This document shows positions 57,958 through 64,000 of a DNA stretch of 64,000 nucleotides, piece after piece. The DNA is taken from the IMG/VR virus record IMGVR_UViG_3300042261_002385, positions 186,001-250,000 of that record; one strand, written 5' to 3'. Made by a program: the position numbers and the translations under genes. Positions within the stretch are counted from its first letter, which is position 1; the number at the start of each line of letters is the position of its first letter. The notes under the pieces are model-generated. The model was not told the origin of the DNA. It was given only the letters and a program-made list of their open reading frames with translations, and searched no databases.

Positions 57958-58419
57958 ATGAACTGGTCTAATATAATCTGTATTGAAATCAAAAAATATA
58001 ACAATCAACAACTTGATGTTATCTGTGAACAACTAAACCTACAACCTGGTGTCCTTAAAGAGTTTAAAGAATCTGGCTCGACACGTCTATACTGGGAAAA
58101 AGATAAACCATACGTTATTGGTGGTCTGAAGAAAGAAGATTTGAGAGAAAAATTTAGTAAACCACTCTACAAAGGTCTATATCTAAATACCAACTACTCA
58201 CATTTGACACAAAAAGAAAAAGATAAACTTCTTAAGATTAAACCAACTGAGTTTCAAACAAAGAAAAATAGTAAAATTCTCAATGTCGTTGAACAAAAGA
58301 AGGAAAAATCACAATTAGTATTAGACTTAGATTCAATACTTGACAAGATTTCAGAATTTGGTATGAATTCTTTGACTAAACTTGAAAAGAAATTCTTGGA
58401 TGATTTATCAAAATCTTAA
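57958..58419 (+). CDS. Hypothetical early protein with C-terminal DUF6576-like motif
   Basis: Ends LDSILDKISEFGMNSLTKLEKKFL. Confidence 0.7.
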   Translation: MNWSNIICIEIKKYNNQQLDVICEQLNLQPGVLKEFKESGSTRLYWEKDKPYVIGGLKKEDLREKFSKPLYKGLYLNTNYSHLTQKEKDKLLKIKPTEFQTKKNSKILNVVEQKKEKSQLVLDLDSILDKISEFGMNSLTKLEKKFLDDLSKS

Positions 58420-58430
58420 CAAAAATTATA

Positions 58431-58456
58431 AAAAACCGAACAAAATGTTCGGTTTT
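58431..58456. terminator. Intrinsic terminator
   Basis: AAAACCGAAC/GTTCGGTTTT. Confidence 0.85.
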
Positions 58457-58566
58457 ATTTTTTTGTAATTTTTTTTATTGTCTTTTTTTTTCAAAATCTT
58501 AAAAAATCCATGCTTTGATAAATATTCCATAAAAAAGGCTGAATATATATCTTAACAAACAATTTT

Positions 58567-58884
58567 TTGACTATGAACTTTATAGGCAAAGCTTACGCTA
58601 AACCACCAAAAGAACTTATTTTTGGTGACAAAACATTTACTAATCCAAAACAAATTTTGGATATTTTAGAATCTCAAAATTTTTATTGGCTGATTGATTC
58701 TACTACGAGCGATGCTGTAGTCGAGATTAAAAAAAACACAATAATTTGGCACGATGGTAATTTCTTATCAGGAAATTGGCATTATGGTATATTTAAAAAA
58801 GGAGAATTTTACGGAATATGGGAAAACGGTATATGGGAAGGTGGACAATTTAACGGCAATTGGATAAGCGGTATCAAAAAATAA
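58567..58884 (+). CDS. Hypothetical protein with Trp/Gly repeats
   Basis: WHDG, WHYG, WENG, WEGG, WISG repeats. Confidence 0.7.
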   Translation: MTMNFIGKAYAKPPKELIFGDKTFTNPKQILDILESQNFYWLIDSTTSDAVVEIKKNTIIWHDGNFLSGNWHYGIFKKGEFYGIWENGIWEGGQFNGNWISGIKK

Positions 58885-58894
58885 TTTTCATACT

Positions 58895-59341
58895 ATGAAA
58901 AAACGAAAATTAGTTATTGAAAACATATCAGAGCTAATATTCTCTGACGAAAAAATTAAAATTAACAAACAAGGAAAAACTTTTATTTTTGAAATTGGTA
59001 AAGAAATAACTTCAGACTTAGGTGAAGCAGTCGCCATAATGATGAACACATTAGATGATGAACATAAAATATGGAATTTTGAGCTCGAAATCACCGAAGA
59101 AATAACACCAGAAAAATCATTATACTGGTTGACTGGAGGTGACATAGAGTGGAAAACGTTAGAAAACTATGAAAACACTTGGTCAGAAAGTTATTTATAC
59201 TTTCAAGAAGAATTTGGATTATCAATCGTAAGTATACTAAAAAAAGCAAAAAAACTTAATGATATCAAAGAAGGATTCAGAAAAAATATAAATTTACCGA
59301 TAGTATATGAATTCGCACTAAGTAAAAACTTAGTCAAATAA
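58895..59341 (+). CDS. Hypothetical protein
   Basis: 148-aa ORF followed by a terminator. Confidence 0.7.
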   Translation: MKKRKLVIENISELIFSDEKIKINKQGKTFIFEIGKEITSDLGEAVAIMMNTLDDEHKIWNFELEITEEITPEKSLYWLTGGDIEWKTLENYENTWSESYLYFQEEFGLSIVSILKKAKKLNDIKEGFRKNINLPIVYEFALSKNLVK

Positions 59342-59345
59342 ATTG

Positions 59346-59373
59346 AAAAAAACCCATCAAATTGATGGGTTTT
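59346..59373. terminator. Intrinsic terminator
   Basis: AAAACCCATCAA/TTGATGGGTTTT, same stem as at 48957. Confidence 0.85.
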
Positions 59374-59392
59374 CTTTTTTAATATATAGTGT

Positions 59393-59629
59393 ATGGAAAC
59401 TTTTAATTCAGTATGTTCAAATCCGTGGTGTAAAGCTCACTTTTCATATACAGAACTTAATTTTATTAAAACAGATGACGGAATGATTCATCCCAAGCAA
59501 TGTCAAAAGTGTAGAAGTTTCGATAAAGAACTTAGTGGCGGTGTTGAATGGAAAGATAGAACTTATGAAGGTTCTATAGACACTGGACCACATGAAATAA
59601 AGTATAAAGTAACTAATTATAAACTATGA
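59393..59629 (+). CDS. Small zinc-binding protein
   Basis: CSNPWC...CQKC; AATATATA at 59381. Confidence 0.7.
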   Translation: METFNSVCSNPWCKAHFSYTELNFIKTDDGMIHPKQCQKCRSFDKELSGGVEWKDRTYEGSIDTGPHEIKYKVTNYKL

Positions 59630-60477
59630 ATGCTCACTTCTTTGATTTAAATACAGCCATTGTAGTGGAAAGTGAAGTTTGGATTGTATCTAAAAAAAAT
59701 CCAAATCAACCATTGGTCAAAATCTCACAATCAGATTTTAATCTTATTAGAAAGTCAATTTTTAGAAATAAAGGTGAATCAATTAAAATAGATGACGTAG
59801 AATATTGGATTGAAAGTGAATTATTTGAGAAGATAAAAAACAGATGTAAGTCTCTAAAGGTTGAAATAACGGAATTGGCATTTTCTATGCAAGAATTTAT
59901 GAAACCGGAACTAATCAAATCACTTGATTATAAAATATGGAAAGAACATTTTATAAACTTAAAAAATTCTGACGATGACATCTACTTTATTTGTTCAAAA
60001 AACACAAAATCCAATTATGAATATCTAATTGAAAAATTAGAAACCTATCTCAGAGACGAACTTGGACTCAAAATTAAAAACTACTACTTTATTTCCGAGA
60101 CATTTTATAATAGAGATGAAGATAGAACTGCTCATAAAAAAGTTAGATTACTTTTACAACATCTTACAGGATACAAAACAGATGGTGATTTATTTACAAG
60201 CGAAGAATTACCCAAGTATCAAAAGATATATTTCTATGATGATGAAGTTAAAACATTGAATTTGGCTTCATCAATAAATGATGTATTAAGATTTTTGTTA
60301 TCTAACACAGAAACTGAATTGAAAAAGAATATAGAATCATTTATAAAATCAAATAAAATAACTTTAGAGATAAAATCAGTTACTTATAACAAAGTAAATA
60401 TGTTCAGTAAAAAAGAAGTAGTTCTGAGTTTAGATAGAATTATGAAAACTTATGAAAGGTTTATTAACAGGTTTTAA
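59626..60477 (+). CDS. Degenerate HAD-fold protein
   Basis: HFFDLNT (motif I with second Asp replaced), FICSK, FYDDE. Confidence 0.55.
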   Translation: MNAHFFDLNTAIVVESEVWIVSKKNPNQPLVKISQSDFNLIRKSIFRNKGESIKIDDVEYWIESELFEKIKNRCKSLKVEITELAFSMQEFMKPELIKSLDYKIWKEHFINLKNSDDDIYFICSKNTKSNYEYLIEKLETYLRDELGLKIKNYYFISETFYNRDEDRTAHKKVRLLLQHLTGYKTDGDLFTSEELPKYQKIYFYDDEVKTLNLASSINDVLRFLLSNTETELKKNIESFIKSNKITLEIKSVTYNKVNMFSKKEVVLSLDRIMKTYERFINRF

Positions 60478-61109
60478 GATTTTTTATCACTATCTTTATT
60501 AATCATAGCTTGTTTTATCAACTCATTCAAAGATCGATTATCCATAATGGATCCATCTTTATTTTCAGATTCAGAATCGCTTATGTGCTCAGTTTGTTTA
60601 ATTTCAGGATTATCAATCTCATTATAACCTAAGTCTTTACGTAGATTCTTATAGAATTTTTCGAGATCTGTTCTTTGAGTTGACAAAAATTTAGCATTTT
60701 CTCTAATCTGACCTATTGTCTGATTGACTACTTCATGCATTCGAGCAGAGTTATCACCATTATCAACTTGTCTCAATTGAGACAAAAAGTTTTTTCTAGT
60801 CATTTTAGTCAAAAATATAGCTTCAGCATAAACCGTGGCATCTTCTTTCATTTTATTCTTTATATAAGGATGTTCCTTCAATTGAGGAATGTCACTCAAA
60901 TATAAATCGACCAATGATTCCAATACATCCATAGATTGCTGAGATGAAACTGTCAAATCAGAATCATAATCATAAATTTCTATTTCACCTAAATCAGGCA
61001 AATCTTCTGGTTTGGCTAAGTGTTTTGAAATATCAAATTCACCTCCTTCTGATTGAATTTGGTCAAATTCATCTTTTAATCTGTTTCTTTCATCTTCTGA
61101 CTTCGACAT
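60474..61109 (-). CDS. Probable terminase small subunit (gp16-like)
   Basis: Divergent from the large terminase; SARMHEVVNQTIGQI resembles the gp16 PRAFEV helix. Confidence 0.5.
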   Translation of the reverse strand: MSKSEDERNRLKDEFDQIQSEGGEFDISKHLAKPEDLPDLGEIEIYDYDSDLTVSSQQSMDVLESLVDLYLSDIPQLKEHPYIKNKMKEDATVYAEAIFLTKMTRKNFLSQLRQVDNGDNSARMHEVVNQTIGQIRENAKFLSTQRTDLEKFYKNLRKDLGYNEIDNPEIKQTEHISDSESENKDGSIMDNRSLNELIKQAMINKDSDKKS

Positions 61110-61156
61110 AGAAAGTGGTTTTTTACAATATATATAAAAAATCGAGAGTCTACCCT

Positions 61157-63292
61157 ATGGCGGTTGCAAATGAAAATGAAAAACAAATGGTCTTCACCAC
61201 AAAACTTGTGGATGAGTCTACAGATAAAATAAATGATGGTATTGTAATAAAACGATATCAAAATCCCTGGCTTAAGAGTGAGGTTGGCTTAAGGAGAGCA
61301 GGTGTTACTTTCAAAATGTCATCCGATGAACAACAAGAGTATATCAGATGTGCTTTAGACGTTCATTACTTCGTAGAAAAATATTGTAAAGTAAAAAGAG
61401 AAGACGGTTCAATTGGTAATATTTTATTGAGAGATTACCAGAAAGAAATACTTGATAACTTTGTTAATAGTAGGTTTAATATACTTATGGCCTCACGTCA
61501 GGTTGGAAAAACTATTTCATCTGCAATTTTTATGCTACATAAAATACTTTTTGATAACGATAAAAATATAATGATTGTTGCTAACAAAGGAGACACCGCT
61601 GTAGAGATTGTAGATAAGATTAAATCTATCTATACTTTACTTCCATTCTTTTTGAAACCCGGTATTAAAACTTGGAATCAAAAGTCTCTAACATTTGAGA
61701 ATGGTTGTAGGATTAAGACCTCAGCTAGAACAAAAACACCAGCAATTGGTTTTACCATAGACGTTCTTTACTTAGATGAGTTTGCTCACATACCATCAAA
61801 CATTATAGAGCCTTACTATACCGCTGCTTTTCCAACCACTGCAGCTGTTCAAAACTCAAAAATTATAATCACTTCAACTCCGAATGGTATGAATCTATTT
61901 CATAAACTTCTAACTGATGCCGAAAGACCCGAAGGTGATCCACAGAAAAATAATTACAAAGCGATGAGAGTCTATTGGTATCAAGTTCCCGGTCGTTTTG
62001 TGACTTACTTACGACTGAATTCTCATAAATTATATGAACACGGACTTACAAAAGAAGACGTTCTTAAGATATGTCAAGAAAGATGGGGCTCAAAAACAAA
62101 AATAGAAATTGGTTGGAATTCTGATTTACAGAAGGATATTTTGCATATTTTCAATAATGAAAATTGCTCTGATGAAGAGGTGAAAAGACTGACAATTGAA
62201 GACAACAGAGGGTTTGAAGTTCCAATAAGAACATTAGCTGACGTTACGACTTGGAAAGAAGAAGCAATAAAAGATATTGGTGGAGAAGACGCTTTCAATC
62301 AAGAGTATGGACTAAGATTTATCAATGCATCCAAATCACTTTTGAATGAAGCAATTATTGATGAACTACTCAAAAGTAAGAAAAACTATGTTTTTGAAGA
62401 AATATCAGAATTTGATAAAAAGATTAAATTTAGTTACTCTGATTTAAAATTTGTCGATGATGATGAAATATTTATACCACTAAAAAGAAAAGAATACAAA
62501 ATTGTTGTTTCTATTGATATTGCTGAAGGATTAGGACAGGATTATTCCGTTATTAATATTTTTAGAATAAGTAATAAACCTAAAGAGGTTATTGAAAGTC
62601 AAAAAAATAACTACAAATCACTAGTTGACTTCTTTAGACTCGAACAAATAGGTATTTTCAGAAATAACATGATTTCAATTAAACAACTAGCTGAGATCCT
62701 TTATTTAATTTGCTTTGAATATTTCAATCCAGAGAATGTCAAAGTTGTATTAGAGTTGAATAATTATGGAAATACTTTACTGGCTGAAATGCCACACGTA
62801 TTTGACGGAAAAAACGACTATGGTTCATCCATCTTTGTAAGATACAAACACAGAGTAGATTCTACAGAAGAAAAAGTAGGTCTGAAAGTAGGAGAAAACA
62901 AAAATCTTTTAGTAAAAGATTATCAAGATCTTATGTATTCTAGAGGATTTGCTATTAATAATGAAGACACAATTAGAGAAATAACAACCTTTGTGAAGCA
63001 TATTACTTCAGCCGGTAACACTAGATACGCAGCTGACGTCGGGCATGATGATTGTGTAATGACTATTGTGAATACAACTTCAATCTTTCAAAAAACAGAA
63101 TTTAAAGAGATGATTGATGAGTGGTCAAGCAAACACACAGATAAGGAAATGCTACAATTTATTAATCAGTGTATGAATAGTATTGATTTTGTAGAAGGTG
63201 TTGATTACGGTTCATTTTTAAGAGCAAAAAATTTAGCAAAACCTAAAACTGGAAAAACTGGCTTGGGAAATAATTGGTTTGGTATAGGTTAA
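61157..63292 (+). CDS. gp17: Terminase large subunit (T4 gp17-like)
   Basis: LRDYQ, SRQVGKT, LDEFAH, TSTPNGMN, DIAEGLGQDYS, ELNNYG, HDDCVM. Confidence 0.96.
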   Translation: MAVANENEKQMVFTTKLVDESTDKINDGIVIKRYQNPWLKSEVGLRRAGVTFKMSSDEQQEYIRCALDVHYFVEKYCKVKREDGSIGNILLRDYQKEILDNFVNSRFNILMASRQVGKTISSAIFMLHKILFDNDKNIMIVANKGDTAVEIVDKIKSIYTLLPFFLKPGIKTWNQKSLTFENGCRIKTSARTKTPAIGFTIDVLYLDEFAHIPSNIIEPYYTAAFPTTAAVQNSKIIITSTPNGMNLFHKLLTDAERPEGDPQKNNYKAMRVYWYQVPGRFVTYLRLNSHKLYEHGLTKEDVLKICQERWGSKTKIEIGWNSDLQKDILHIFNNENCSDEEVKRLTIEDNRGFEVPIRTLADVTTWKEEAIKDIGGEDAFNQEYGLRFINASKSLLNEAIIDELLKSKKNYVFEEISEFDKKIKFSYSDLKFVDDDEIFIPLKRKEYKIVVSIDIAEGLGQDYSVINIFRISNKPKEVIESQKNNYKSLVDFFRLEQIGIFRNNMISIKQLAEILYLICFEYFNPENVKVVLELNNYGNTLLAEMPHVFDGKNDYGSSIFVRYKHRVDSTEEKVGLKVGENKNLLVKDYQDLMYSRGFAINNEDTIREITTFVKHITSAGNTRYAADVGHDDCVMTIVNTTSIFQKTEFKEMIDEWSSKHTDKEMLQFINQCMNSIDFVEGVDYGSFLRAKNLAKPKTGKTGLGNNWFGIG

Positions 63293-63573
63293 GAATTCTC
63301 TTCCATGGTAACTGACAGACCAGCATTCTGAAGTTTTTCCTTCATAGTAGAAATAGTCTCGAAATCACCATACTTGACGTCACATTTTCCTTTAAAGTGA
63401 ACAATATGTGCACACTGATTAGCTTGTTCATATTCATGCCCGCAAACTTTCATCAAACAAGAGATAACCCAGTCAAAGGAGTTGAAATCATCATTATGTA
63501 AATCCAATCTATAAGGTTTTGAAAGAATTTCTTTTGCTTTACTTTGTGTTTTCTTTTTTGTAATAGTCGCCAT
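63289..63573 (-). CDS. clpS: ClpS-like Clp protease adaptor
   Basis: LHNDDFNSFDWVISCL...EQANQCAHIVHFKGKCDVK. Confidence 0.88.
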   Translation of the reverse strand: MATITKKKTQSKAKEILSKPYRLDLHNDDFNSFDWVISCLMKVCGHEYEQANQCAHIVHFKGKCDVKYGDFETISTMKEKLQNAGLSVTMEENS

Positions 63574-63594
63574 ATAACTTATATTTTATTTTAA

Positions 63595-64000
63595 TTAGAA
63601 AGTTTTTAAAGTCTTGTTTACTACATCAACAACAGTTACGGCACAGGATTGATTTTTTGCCCACTCTTCGAAATGTGGAAGATGGTCTTTTCTATCATCA
63701 TACATAACAAAATGTCTACAACCTGTTTTAATTATCATTTTCTCAAATAATTGTGTTTTAAATTTAAAAGTATCTCCTCCCCAGTTTAGATAGATTTCAT
63801 CAAATTCAAATCCATAATTTTTGAGAATTTTAATTACACCATCTCTCATACCTGGAACTGTATCTAACCTACCAGTGGCCAATATCAAATAACCAGTGGG
63901 GTCAGATTTTGCATCAATATATTTTTTATAAGTCCATTCGTTTTTAGGAGTATCAAATATGTTCATATCTAAAGTTTCTACTTTAGACCACCAACCTCTG
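63595..64000 (-). CDS. HAD-family (Swiss-army-knife RNA-repair-type) protein, 5' end beyond the window
   Basis: Frame stays open to the window edge (RGWWSKVETLD-MNIF); LATGR, KFKTQ, MYDDRKDH. Confidence 0.7.
   Translation of the reverse strand, partial: RGWWSKVETLDMNIFDTPKNEWTYKKYIDAKSDPTGYLILATGRLDTVPGMRDGVIKILKNYGFEFDEIYLNWGGDTFKFKTQLFEKMIIKTGCRHFVMYDDRKDHLPHFEEWAKNQSCAVTVVDVVNKTLKTF

Larger units (their letters stand above)
11..61134. promoter_or_regulatory. Recurrent AATATATA late-promoter-like element (dispersed, 18 positions)
   Basis: Correctly oriented upstream of starts at 11+, 5456-, 8883-, 9951+, 13590+, 17492-, 20168-, 21259-, 24700+, 25624+, 44411-, 44447+, 48282+, 50194-, 57831-, 58542+, 59381+, 61127+; analogous to T4 TATAAATA. 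Confidence 0.6.

Noticed and set aside
61997-62251. Intein in the terminase
   Set aside because: No intein splice-junction residues
3506-62298. Many 60-120 aa ORFs antisense or out of frame inside long genes (e.g. 3506, 4595, 5493, 7432, 7913, 24194, 34196, 41151, 44855, 49179, 51107, 57181, 62074)
   Set aside because: Shadows of well-supported genes, with no motifs or expression signals of their own
1-64000. Giant eukaryotic virus origin, suggested by the NEIL1-like enzyme and glycosylation genes
   Set aside because: T4-like terminase, sheath, tube, helicase and gp47, plus rho-independent terminators, overlapping operons and bacterial promoters, indicate a bacteriophage
1-64000. Stop-codon reassignment as in some large phages
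   Set aside because: Core genes are full length and densely packed under the standard code
1-64000. CRISPR array or tRNA genes
   Set aside because: No regularly spaced repeats and no full cloverleaf seen; intergenic gaps are mostly too short

Overview
This is an AT-rich, densely coded 64-kb segment of a large T4-like (myovirus-type, probably jumbo) bacteriophage using the standard genetic code. Core genes include large and probable small terminase, tail sheath, tail tube, baseplate hub proteins, a 1965-aa baseplate/tail protein, gp41-like helicase, the N-terminal half of a split family-B DNA polymerase, gp47-like nuclease, NrdA and ThyA. TAnnTTTG promoters, absence of Shine-Dalgarno sites, a lipoprotein and ClpS point to a Bacteroidota host (inference). 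Standout observations: (1) about 17 otherwise mostly unrelated ORFs share an N-terminal tag resembling the T4 capsid-targeting sequence plus head-protease-type sites, suggesting a large packaged and injected protein cargo; (2) a tandemly duplicated convergent gene pair, a tagged protein with a hydrophobic C-terminus facing a small early membrane protein, laid out like effector and immunity; (3) a Ro60/TROVE gene preceded by two related, non-canonical structured RNAs and a terminator; (4) two coupled mini-ORFs carrying N-terminal pieces of major capsid and tail sheath proteins; (5) a NEIL1-type glycosylase, a 2H phosphoesterase, a lipoprotein protease and an 8-gene glycosylation island. No tRNA or CRISPR array was seen. 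All family assignments come from motif recognition by eye; no searches were run.
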